Positions 19,909-29,838 of a DNA stretch of 64,000 nucleotides are shown here, in pieces. Every line of letters starts with the position of its first letter. Position 1 is the first letter of the stretch. A model generated the notes under the pieces. That model made no database searches, had not been told where the DNA came from, and saw only the letters and a list, made by a program, of their open reading frames with translations. The translations under genes were made by a program, and so were the position numbers. The stretch is from Leptonemataceae bacterium (GTDB taxonomy: Bacteria > Spirochaetota > Leptospiria > Leptospirales > Leptonemataceae): positions 5,216,001 to 5,280,000 of the forward strand of contig OZ245742.1 in NCBI GenBank assembly GCA_965227295.1. The letters run 5' to 3'.

Positions 19909-20435
19909 ATGAAATCATCGCGAAGAAAAGAAATCGGGGACCTGGCTGAGACCATATGCCAGGTTCTGGAGCCTGGAACACCGGTGGACGTATATAAGGC
20001 CGTCACCCGACTGGGGGCTCTCTTGCCGAGGCAGAATTGCCGCACGAAGCCGACGGTAAAATCGAAAAACAAGGAGATTCGTTTCAAATAACATTATCGC
20101 CGCGTCAGAGTTCCCTGCGCAAACGCTTCTCCTTAGCGCATGAACTGGGCCATCTTTTTCTGCATATGGGTTACATAATCAAGCCGAGTATCTGGAAAGA
20201 GTCAGACGCGTACGTTGATTCAGTATACTATCGTTACGGATACTCTGAAGAAGAGCACGAGGCCAATGAGTTTGCCGGTGCCTTCTTGATGCCGAAAGAA
20301 GAGTTCCGGCAGACTATCGAAGACCTGGGTCGCGATGGACTTGTGGATCTGGTAGCGCTGGCACAGCGTTTCGATGTTTCTAAAGATGCGGCACTAACCA
20401 GGGGACGATGGCTCGGACTCCTCTCATGGGATTAG
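19909..20435 (+). pseudogene. ImmA/IrrE-family metallo-endopeptidase, frameshifted near 20015-20025
   Basis: The N-part (MKSSRRKEI...PVDVYKAVTRLG) and the C-part (RKRFSLAHELGH...EHEANEFAGAFLMP) are in different frames. The C-terminal ORF 20037-20435 could still be translated. Confidence 0.8.
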
Positions 20436-20656
20436 CCCCTGATGAAAACCGCAAACGATTATAAAAGGGATATTGAAGCGCAGGTTCGTCCGGAAGACGA
20501 ACTTCGCAATCAAGTATCCCAACCGGAATATACAAGCGGCCACCCACAAAACGCCGCCTCGCAAATCTCTGGGAATTCGGCTGTGCGCAATTAGCAGGCT
20601 GCTGAAAAAGTCGAAATCTCCTGGCGATTTCGCGGTGCCTGTTCAGATTTTGTCGC

Positions 20657-21516
20657 ATGCGCGGCGAAGAGGAAAAGCAACCGAGTATCTGGAGTCACGT
20701 TTCGATGGAGGACCGGATTCCGGCAAACCATCCGTTGCGTGACATTCGCAAGCTGACGGATGCGGTCCTCGCGAAACTGAGCGATCGATTCGATGAAATG
20801 TATCCGGCCTTCGGTCGCCCATCGATTCCGCCAGAGTATCTATTACGCGCTGTGTTGCTGCAAGTACTGTTCAGCGTCCGCAGCGAACGTCAGTTGATGG
20901 AGCAAACGAACTACAATCTGCTGTATCGTAGGTTCATCGGATTGAGCGCCGACGATCCGGTCCGGGATGCGAGCGTCTTTTCAAAGAATCGTGATCGCCT
21001 GATGGAAGGCGGTATCGCCGACGAATTCTTTCGCGGCTTGCTGGAAGTGGCGGATGATCGCGGGCTGATGAGCGACGAACATTTCACAGTGGATGCCACT
21101 TTGCTGGCGGCTGCGGCGAGCTGTGCGCGACCGGAACGGCGGAACGCGATGCGGCAGCCATCTTCATGAAGGAACTACGCCGAAGCAATCATCGGCCCCG
21201 CGTCACTCTGGGCGCCGACAAAGGCTACGATGCTAAAACATTCGTAGAAGAACTTAAAGCGATCCGAATCGTGCCGCATATCGCACAGAAGAGCCGGTCC
21301 AGTGCCGTCGATTATCGAACCGCCCGCAGCCCCGCCTATGCCGTAAGTCAATGTCGACGCAAAGCCGTCGAAGAAATTTTTGGCTGGCTGAAGTCGGTCG
21401 GCCTGTGCAGGAAGATGCGCTTCCGCGGCCCGGATCCCGTTGGGTGGATCTTCCGCTTCGCTGTTGCCGTCTACAACTTGCTGCGAATCAGAAACCTGGA
21501 AGAGGGTACCGCATGA
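20657..21516 (+). pseudogene. IS5-family DDE transposase in two frames, central part missing
   Basis: N-part has GRPSIPPE, SERQLME and HFTVDAT. C-part has TLGADKGYD and RKAVEEIFGWLK. The break is at about 21120. Confidence 0.85.
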
Positions 21517-21543
21517 TCGCAAATGCTAACTTGCGAAATACAA

Positions 21544-21719
21544 GCGTTAGGGATGCGCAGGGGGCCGCGCAGCGGCAGTCCGGAGCGCGAAGCGCGGAGG
21601 ACCGAAGCGAACGCGGAGCCCGGAGCAGCCCGGCGCCCGGCCGGCTTCAGAGGGGAAGGAGCGAACAGCGGCCCCGTCCAGCGGGGCCTTGTTGGCGCCG
21701 GCCGGGCGCAACGCCCAAA
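21544..21719 (+). repeat. R1 REP-like repeat copy B, inside the IS 3' region
   Basis: Shares CAGTCCGGAGCGCGAAGCGCGGAGGACCGAAGCGA with copy C and ends in ACGCCCAAA. Confidence 0.85.
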
Positions 21720-22167
21720 TGAATTTCACAGATTCCGCTTTCGAATGACTTTTTCAGCAGCCTGTTAGTCCAGAACAAGGGCTTCGAAGAGTCTTTGATC
21801 CGGGGTTACCGAGAAGACTTCGCCGTAGAACTCGAGGTGGAACCGCTCACACCGATCAACGCATATCGCATAGAGGCCCAACACGGACGCATCATCCCAG
21901 GTATTATATTTATCGCAAGAGCTTCGGACTCGGAATGGGTCCCGGATGCAAAGAAAACGATGAAGCAGGCGTTCATGAAATGGCGGGTCTGGAAAGAGGC
22001 CGAATCAAGTTAATCCGGAGAGACTGCGAAGTTATTTTTCGAGATGATCCTTACTTTCCTTCATAGTTTTAAGCATACTCCAGTATCTTCACGATATCGA
22101 CGCGTCCTGGGTGAATTAGGGCGGCGGCGTAGTACAAAACGTACTATTGTAAACTCCGGAGCCGCCT

Positions 22168-23877
22168 CTGGAGTACAGCAACGAAATCAAGAATCTCTCG
22201 ATCACCTCGCACGTGGGTTACGAGGACGCCACCCGGGAGTGGAACCGCAATCCGGCGCTGACCTCACGGCTGTTCCTGCATACGAAGAGCTACGACTTCT
22301 TCCAGAGCGAGGACACGCTGTTCCTGTTCGGCCGCCGCGGCACCGGCAAGACCTCGATCATCCGCATGCTGGACTACGAGATCCGGCACGACCGCATCGA
22401 GTACTACCGGCTGTCGTCGGTACTCAAGCAGGAGAACGCGTACTATAACATCGCCATCCACCTGCGCCCGCGTTTTTCGGAGGAGACGTTTACGTTCGAA
22501 GAGCTGGTCCACGTCATCAAAGAGAAGTGGACCTGGGTCATCTACACCGCCGCGATGATCGCCGCGGCCGGCAAGTTCGAAAAAGAGCTGAAGAGCGACC
22601 CGGCGCTGAAGAAGATCCGTGTGTACCTCGAAAGCCAGGACCTGTTCTTCGCCGGCGAGCGCCATCGCGAGAACATCGAGGCGCCGCTGTGGAAACGTTT
22701 GTCCCGCGTGTTTTCGCAGAAGTTCGCCGAGATCGACGACGTGCGCGTGCAACTCAGTACCGCCGTGGCCGGCGTGGCGCTGGAACTCATGAACGCGCAG
22801 TACGACGCCGCCGCCGAGGCCCTGCGCAGCTTCTTACAACGCAAGAAGATCGGCTGCATGATTCTCATCGACAGCATCGAGGTCTACGACGTCTTCGATC
22901 GCGTGCAGCGCGCGGTGATGACGGCACTCATCGACGCGGTCAAAGAGTTCGACGACGGTTTCTACGGCGCCGGCGTAAAAGTCAAAGCCGCGTTTCCGTC
23001 GGAGGTGCGGCCGTTCTTCGAAAGCAGCAACGCCGAAAAAACGGACAGCCGCGGTTACACGATCGTCTGGAACTATAAAGACATTGCCGCGTTCCTTGCA
23101 AAACGCCACTACGAACACTTCGGCCGCCCGCGAAAGGCCGGCCGCTCCGCAAAAAGAACGACACCGAAGATCAACGACCTCGCGGACTTCGACGATTTTC
23201 AAACGGCCCGCGACTATCTCTACACGTATTTTCCGGAACGCATCGTGACTCGCCAGGGCATCGAGTTCGACACGCTCGCCTACATGATCCGGCACACGCA
23301 GAAGAAACCGCGCCAGGTGATCATGCTCGCAAACATCATCTTAACGTATGCCGGGCACAAGGGTGTCGACAGCAAGGCCGCCCTGCCGCCGGAGATCATC
23401 ACCGGCGGCGTGCACGCACGCCTGGATCTTTTGATCAACGGGACCATCGACATCTACAACAAGATCTACAAGGACTTCGCTTACATGGCCGGACGTGTAC
23501 TCAACGGCATGCCCGCGTGTTTCGGTTATTCGGACATCATGAAGAAGATGAAAGAGATCAACCCTTTGCTGCAGCAAGGCGAGCCGGGCGCACTGGACAA
23601 GGACGGTTTCCTCAAACTTCTAATCAACGCCGGTTTGGTCGGGAAAGAGATCGACCGCCGTCGGTTGGACTCCCACGGCGACGTCGTGTTGATCGAGGTG
23701 CACTTCGAGTATCAGATCAAAGACCAGGTCCAGTTCCACAACGATACACGCTTCGCGTTGCATCCCATGTTGTATCACGAGCTGGACTGCCGGGTCGGCG
23801 AACGCGAGTTCGCGTATCCGGTGCCCGTGGAGGCGGAAGAACTGAGCGTGATTGAACGCTTGAAACGGCGGGATTGA
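22168..23877 (+). CDS. P-loop ATPase, Sll1717-like family
   Basis: GYEDA..E N-terminal motif, Walker A FGRRGTGKT, Walker B ILIDSIE, RHTQKKPRQ and C-terminal LHP. Start is either GTG 22213 or CTG 22168 (GGAG upstream). Confidence 0.8.
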   Translation: MEYSNEIKNLSITSHVGYEDATREWNRNPALTSRLFLHTKSYDFFQSEDTLFLFGRRGTGKTSIIRMLDYEIRHDRIEYYRLSSVLKQENAYYNIAIHLRPRFSEETFTFEELVHVIKEKWTWVIYTAAMIAAAGKFEKELKSDPALKKIRVYLESQDLFFAGERHRENIEAPLWKRLSRVFSQKFAEIDDVRVQLSTAVAGVALELMNAQYDAAAEALRSFLQRKKIGCMILIDSIEVYDVFDRVQRAVMTALIDAVKEFDDGFYGAGVKVKAAFPSEVRPFFESSNAEKTDSRGYTIVWNYKDIAAFLAKRHYEHFGRPRKAGRSAKRTTPKINDLADFDDFQTARDYLYTYFPERIVTRQGIEFDTLAYMIRHTQKKPRQVIMLANIILTYAGHKGVDSKAALPPEIITGGVHARLDLLINGTIDIYNKIYKDFAYMAGRVLNGMPACFGYSDIMKKMKEINPLLQQGEPGALDKDGFLKLLINAGLVGKEIDRRRLDSHGDVVLIEVHFEYQIKDQVQFHNDTRFALHPMLYHELDCRVGEREFAYPVPVEAEELSVIERLKRRD

Positions 23878-23950
23878 TTCCGGTTGCCCCGCGATGATTC
23901 TCCGGTAATTCCTTTACACAAAACCCCGCACGATCGATCACTCGTGCATC

Positions 23951-26100
23951 ATGTTCGCGCGCGCCGTCATCGTGTTCGCCCTGTTGTTTTTTGCAGCGGA
24001 CTCCCTCACCGCCACGCCGGATGATCGATTACATCGATCTCTACATCGAAAGAGCCGACGGCGGCTTTCAGCATATCGCCACGGGCGATCGGCGGCCGGT
24101 CGCCACGCGGCACGTGTATCATCCGCAATTCTTGTTCGCGCTGGAGTTCGAAGAGCAAAGCAGCCGTACGATCTACATTCGCGTGGGATCGTACGACGGG
24201 ATGATCGAACCCTTCGACCTGATAACAGCCCTGGTGGGCCAATCATCTGCACCCGGTCATCATCGGTGCGAACCTCATGAGCGTGGTGATTCTCGCGCGG
24301 GGTTACTTGCGCACGCGCCGGAATTTTCCGCGCGCGGACAAGGCCCTGTTGCTCCTGCTCGTTCCCTGTGCTGCGGCAATGCTGATCGGCATGACCGATT
24401 CCTTCGCGCTCGCAATGCTGCCGCTGTTGGTGCTCACGCCGCCTGTCTACGTCGCCACGGCGGTACTCGCGGTCATCGCGTTGCGCCGCGGCGACCGGGC
24501 GGCCGGTTATCTCCTGCTGGCATTTTCCGGAATTTTCTTAGCTTCGATTCTTATACCATTAGGAGCCCTGAACATACTGCCCCAGGCCGCCGGCCTGGAC
24601 TACAGCGGCCTCCTCGGCAGCGTACTGGCCCTGGTTCTGCTTGCCGTGGGTCTCGGCGATCGCGTGCGGCGCATGCAGGAAGAACGGCAGAGCGCCATGC
24701 GCAACGCGGCCGAGGTGGAGAAACGCATCCTGGCGCAGTCCAACGAAAAACTCAAACGCCTGGATCGTTTGAAGGATGATTTTCTCGCGAACACCTCGCA
24801 CGAATTGCGCACGCCGCTGAACGGCATCATCGGCATTACCGATTCGTTGCTCGGGGGCGTGGCCGGGCCGCTGCCCGGCGGGGCCGTCGAAAACCTGGAG
24901 TTGGTCTCCGCGAGCGGGCGACGCCTGGCCGGACTCGTGAACGACATCCTGGATTTCGCAAAGTTGCGCCACGGCGATCTGCATCTGGAACGGCGCCCCA
25001 TCGATCCGCGGCCCATCATTGAAATCGTCTTAAAACTCAGCAAACCCCTTGCCGCGGGCAAGAACCTGGAACTCCAGGACGACCTGGCATCGACTGTGCC
25101 GATGATCGACGCGGACGCTTCGGCATCCCGCCGGAGAAACAGGAGGGCATCTTCGAATCATTCACCCAGGCGGACGGCAGCATCTCACGGCAGTACGGCG
25201 GAACGGGCCTGGGCCTGAGCATTACCCGGCGCCTGGTGGAACTGCACGGCGGCGACATCCGCGTGGAATCGCGGTCCGGTGAGGGCGCACACTTCGTCTT
25301 TACCATGCCCGCGGCGGACACTCGCAGCATTACCGTAACGGACGCCGACGTGCGCCGGCTCGCCCCTGTCCCGACCGGTCCCCGCACCGAAGAGCCGCCC
25401 GCGGGCAAGCCGGACACCGCAATAAACGTCAGGTCACAACATTCTAGCGCGTCGGCATTAGTAGCAGGGCCGGCACTGATCCGCTCGCTGATCGTGGATG
25501 ACGACCCCATCAACCTGCGCGTGCTGCGCAATCACCTGGACCTCCAGGGTCACAACGTCACCGAAGCCGCAAACGGTCGCGAGGCCCTGGGGTTGCTGGA
25601 CGCGGGACACTCCTTTGATTTGATCCTCCTCGATGTGATGATGCCCGGCCTGTCCGGCCAACCGCACGAGCGATTTTCTCGCCGGCCTGGAAAGCGGCGC
25701 GAACGATTACTTAACGAAACCCTTCGATCCCGAAGAACTCACCGCGCGCGTACGCACCATGATTCGTCTGCGCGAAGCCGCGCGCTCCCAGAGTGAACTG
25801 GCGGCGCTGAACGCCGGCCTGGATCCCGGGGACCGCATCATTCTCTACACGGACGGCATCCTCGAAGCGAAGCCGCCGGAGCGGCCGGAGCGGCCGGACG
25901 CTAACATAACTTCGCAGAAAGCTAAAGCAACGGATGCCATGCAGTTCGGCGAACAACGCTTCGCGGATTTTATCGCGGAACACGATTCGCTCAGCGCCAA
26001 CGATTTCGCCGACGCGCTGGTGGAACGCATCGTGGATTGGTCCGGGGGCGAGCACTTTATCGAGGACGACATTGCGCTGGTGATTGTGGACGTGTTGTGA
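23951..26100 (+). pseudogene. Collapsed 7TMR-DISM / histidine kinase / receiver / SpoIIE-PP2C gene
   Basis: Ordered fragments in shifting frames: signal peptide, DISMED2 (IDYIDLY...GDRRP), TM, HisKA (TSHELRTPLNG), HATPase C-half (GGTGLGL), REC (VDDD, DVMMP, NDYLTKPF) and PP2C C-end (YTDG, DDIAL). Confidence 0.85.
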
Positions 26101-26170
26101 GCAGAATTTGTACCGGGGCGTCGGAGCGATTTCTCCTTGCCTTTTCCGGTCGATCCGTATGATCAACTCC

Positions 26171-28333
26171 ATGTACCCTCGCCGTGTTCGTTTGTCGTTC
26201 ATCATTACCGCTGCGGTAACGTTGCCCTTGTTCGCCCAGGACATCCCTTCCGCGAAACGTGAATTGCCGCCGTTGTTCGAAGCGAAGGACCTCCAGCCCG
26301 AGGGACCGTTCTTCTGGATGGCGGCGCACGCGCTGGAAGCCACCGAGGCCGAAGGCATCGAAAGCATCGCGTATGCGCCGGACGGCAGCGCCCTGTTGAC
26401 CGGCGATACCGGCGATCACAGCGGCAGCAAAATCGAAGCGGGCAACGTGAACCTGTGGGACCTCAAAACGCTTCGTCGACGATGGTCGGTAAAACCCTTC
26501 GAGGCGTCACTCTACGGCGGCAACTACCCGTCCATCGACGAATTGCAGATCAGTCCGAACGGTCGTTTCGCTTCGGTCATCGCTTCGACGGATCGGCCGA
26601 AGTCTCCGCACGCCCTTAAGATTCTCTCCATGGACAACGGGCGCACGATTCACAGCGTATCGATCCCGTCGTTCTACGAACCGTGTCGCGGCAGCGTCCA
26701 CGGCGAACGCATGCATCTGGACCCGGTAAGCGCGCGTTTCACGCCGGACTCGCGCGGCTTGATCGCCTTGTTTCGCAACCAACGCGGCACGAACTACGGT
26801 CGTTGTTCGGTCGTGGAAGATCGTTGGTTGATTTACATCGAACTGAAAAACGGCGGGGAGGTGTGGAAGTACAACGTACGCCTGCCGCCGATGCCCGCTC
26901 ACGGCGTGCGCGAGAACAGTTGCCTGTTGCCGGTGCAAACCTTTGAAGTATCACCGGACGGGAACAGCGTGGTGATCGGTGATTGCGTGGGCACGCTCTG
27001 GTCCGTCAACGCGCGCAACGGCAACGAAAACTTTCGCACCGCGCCGTATTTCAAGACGCGGCGCGCCGAAGACTTTCCCGGCTCGACGGACATCTTTTAT
27101 GTTCAGTTCGATCCCCGGGACGCGAACCGCGTCTATGCCGTCGTCGGCGAATCGGGTTCGAAGACCATGGTCGCCGTAGCCGATCTGAACCGGCGGGAAT
27201 TCCTGCCGAAACTGGCTACCGGCGTAACCGATTCTCAGGCACGGTTAAGGTTTTCTCCGGACGGCCGTCTGCTGGCCCTGGGCGGAAACAATCTCTATCT
27301 CTGGGATCGTAACAGCGGCCGCGTCCTCTACATGACGTACGAAGGTACCGGCTACGCTTACTTCTTTCAGGTAAACCCGCGTTTCCAGGAAATCGCCTCC
27401 GTGGTACAAAATCACGTCGTCTTTCTGCAACCGCGACCGAAACGCAAAGACGTGCGGGTGGGCTCCGCCTGGACGGATGCGAAGATCAAAGTCCTGCCGT
27501 ACACGGCCGCGCACATTAAGGCTCGCGGAGGAGAAGTTTACGTGAGCTGGGGCTATCGCGGCATCGACGCCTACGACTACGAAAACGTAAACTACCACGG
27601 CTTCCAGGACGACTACTTCATAAAGGACGGCGGGCGGCTCGATCTGCGCGCCGAGGGCGACGGCGTTATGGCCGAAATCTACGGCGGCCTCGCCCCGAAC
27701 GAAAGCATTACGACGCTGCGTCGTTCGCTGAAGCCCTGGGGCGAGTACTGGAACAACATGGGCGCGGCCGTGCACGTCGCCGATCCGGATCCCGTCGTCC
27801 ATGATTCGGACGACAGCGACGCCGTCGCAGAGGTGGATCCCGACGACGCCGAAGAAGAACTCATCTACGCCATCAACACCGAGCGCCCGGCGCTTTTGCG
27901 CGGCGCGCTCAAGGCCGGCGCCGATCCGAACCTGCGCAACTCCATCGGTCATCCGGTCATTATGATGGCGGCGCTCTCCGGCAAAGTAGAGCTGGTGCGC
28001 ATCCTCATCAAAGCCGGCGCCGACGTAAACGCGAAGACCTCCATCGGCAGCACGGCCCTTTCCCAGGCGGCGTGGAACGGCTACGACGACATCATCATCG
28101 TTTTGGTCGAAGCCGGGGCAAACCTGGATGCTTCGTCGAACAAGGGCGTCACGGCGCTCATGCTCGCGGCGCGCAGTTGTCGGGTGGACACCGTCGGTGT
28201 CCTGGTCGACGCCGGGGCCGATCAGACCTTGAAAGATGAGGACGGCGACACGGCCTTTGACTACGCGAAGTCCAATTGCAATTACGCAACGACGGTAAGC
28301 CGCATGATCAACCGGGGGCTGAAGCCGCGCTGA
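26171..28333 (+). CDS. Secreted WD40-like beta-propeller plus C-terminal ankyrin-repeat protein
   Basis: Signal peptide, repeated xSPDG/LWD motifs, and about 4 ankyrin repeats (GADPN, GADVNAK, GSTALSQAA, GVTALMLAA). Confidence 0.8.
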   Translation: MYPRRVRLSFIITAAVTLPLFAQDIPSAKRELPPLFEAKDLQPEGPFFWMAAHALEATEAEGIESIAYAPDGSALLTGDTGDHSGSKIEAGNVNLWDLKTLRRRWSVKPFEASLYGGNYPSIDELQISPNGRFASVIASTDRPKSPHALKILSMDNGRTIHSVSIPSFYEPCRGSVHGERMHLDPVSARFTPDSRGLIALFRNQRGTNYGRCSVVEDRWLIYIELKNGGEVWKYNVRLPPMPAHGVRENSCLLPVQTFEVSPDGNSVVIGDCVGTLWSVNARNGNENFRTAPYFKTRRAEDFPGSTDIFYVQFDPRDANRVYAVVGESGSKTMVAVADLNRREFLPKLATGVTDSQARLRFSPDGRLLALGGNNLYLWDRNSGRVLYMTYEGTGYAYFFQVNPRFQEIASVVQNHVVFLQPRPKRKDVRVGSAWTDAKIKVLPYTAAHIKARGGEVYVSWGYRGIDAYDYENVNYHGFQDDYFIKDGGRLDLRAEGDGVMAEIYGGLAPNESITTLRRSLKPWGEYWNNMGAAVHVADPDPVVHDSDDSDAVAEVDPDDAEEELIYAINTERPALLRGALKAGADPNLRNSIGHPVIMMAALSGKVELVRILIKAGADVNAKTSIGSTALSQAAWNGYDDIIIVLVEAGANLDASSNKGVTALMLAARSCRVDTVGVLVDAGADQTLKDEDGDTAFDYAKSNCNYATTVSRMINRGLKPR

Positions 28334-28349
28334 GTAATTCCTGAAGACG

Positions 28350-29066
28350 ATGCGCGCGTTTTTGCGAAACTATCCGTACGGCGGCGTCCTCATCGATCTG
28401 GGACTCATCCTGCTCACGTACGTATTCCACGCCAGTGGGGCGTTTGCGTTCGTGCTGCAGGCCATCGCCGCAGCACCGATCAGCGCCATCGGAATCACGG
28501 CGCTTCTGCAAACGGCGGCCTTCGGCGCCTCGGCCCTGTTGTTGTTCGTCTATCGCCCGCCGGGACACGAGGTCACCCGCGCGGCCACGGCACAGTCCGT
28601 AACCTACGCGATCCTCATGTTACCGGTCATCTTCGGGCCGCAATGGACGCACATCCCGCGCGAGTCTCTGGTCACCGAAGAGATCGGGGCGGCCGGCGGG
28701 AAGTTCGGCGAGTTCGTCCTCTTTCTTTCGTTGATGGGCGTTTATGCCGCGCAGATCGCGCTGTGGATCAACATCGCTTCGAACGATGCGGCGCTGCGCC
28801 GGCACGCCTCCGCCGCGTATTTGCGACCGCTCTGCGTACCGGTGATCGGTGTGTTCTTGATGCTCGCCGAGATGCTGGTCATCACTTCCGTGGCGACGGT
28901 GCCGTCGGAGCCGGGCATCGACTGGTTTCGCGTATTGATCCTCACGTTTTCGTACTTACCGACGCGGCTTTTTCTGGTGTTCCGCCCGCCGTTCCGCTGG
29001 CTGGAAATGCTGAGCGCCTTAACTGCGTTCAGCTATTTATTAGTAAGATTGGATTTGCTATGGTAA
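28350..29066 (+). CDS. Hypothetical polytopic membrane protein
   Basis: 238 aa with about 6-7 hydrophobic segments. Confidence 0.65.
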   Translation: MRAFLRNYPYGGVLIDLGLILLTYVFHASGAFAFVLQAIAAAPISAIGITALLQTAAFGASALLLFVYRPPGHEVTRAATAQSVTYAILMLPVIFGPQWTHIPRESLVTEEIGAAGGKFGEFVLFLSLMGVYAAQIALWINIASNDAALRRHASAAYLRPLCVPVIGVFLMLAEMLVITSVATVPSEPGIDWFRVLILTFSYLPTRLFLVFRPPFRWLEMLSALTAFSYLLVRLDLLW

Positions 29067-29838
29067 CCAGGATTGTTTGTCTATTCGCGCTGATATTGAT
29101 CGCGGGTTGTTCTCGCGGGCCGGATGCGGAAGTTAGAAGAGAGCGACGCGATTACCGTACAAAACAACGCTCCGACCGTTCATCTCCTGCTGGGGAATCT
29201 CCACGCCGCTCAGGGCAATGCGGCGCTGGCGGAAGAATCCTACCGGCAAATCCTGGACATGGACGGCGAACATCCCGAGGCCGCGTACAATCTACTGCGC
29301 CTCGTGACGGCGCAACGAATCCCGCAGCACGCAGTGCAGATAATCGAAAACTGCCGGGGGAACACTATCTTTCGAAGGCCGAAGCACATCGGGAGACGAA
29401 CCGCGTCACGCAAAGTCTACAGGCTTACGATCGGGCCTTCGACCTCGGCGTCGGCGATAATATGAAGATCGCGGAACCCTGAAGAAAATTCCGGATGTGC
29501 GCCGGCAACGCCGGCTGGCGAACGAATGTTTCGAGTATGCCGTATCTCTGACCATCGACGACGACAAAGCCGCAGAACACGACTACAGCCGCGCCATTTA
29601 CTGGAACGAGAACAATGCGAAGTACTACGCGCACCGGGGCCACGTGCGCAAACGCCTGGACAATCAGAGCGGCGCCCTCGCGGACTACAAGCAGGCATAC
29701 GAATTATCCGGAGATGTGGACTATCTCACATTGCAGATGGACCTGGGCTTCATTATGGGCGCGGCCATCGAACGATCCGACATCGATGAGTCCATGCAGC
29801 GGATCGTCAAAGAGTCATTCAGGAACATCCACCCCTAA
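29060..29838 (+). pseudogene. TPR lipoprotein, fragmented
   Basis: Lipobox IAGC (MVTRIVCLFALILIAGC). TPR fragments in three frames (LLLGNLHAAQGN..AEESY; YLSKAEAH..QSLQAY; DYSRAI..YYAHRG..ALADY). Confidence 0.7.

Larger units (their letters stand above)
20595..21764 (+). mobile_element. IS5-family insertion sequence, internally deleted
   Basis: Perfect 18-bp terminal IRs CAGGCTGCTGAAAAAGTC (20595-20612 and 21747-21764). TTAG direct repeats at 20591-20594 and 21765-21768. Confidence 0.92.
20442..22013 (+). pseudogene. NUDIX-like gene remnant split by the IS
   Basis: Removing the IS restores YKRPPTKRRLANLWEFGCAQLVQNKGFEESLIRGYREDFAVEL..., which resembles the MutT LWEFPGG..GE...RE..EE box. The N-terminal MKTANDYKR... 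is in another frame. Confidence 0.55.

Noticed and set aside
21523..21768. Passenger ORFs at the IS 3' end (also 52468-52908)
   Set aside because: They translate the R1 repeat or the tRNA.
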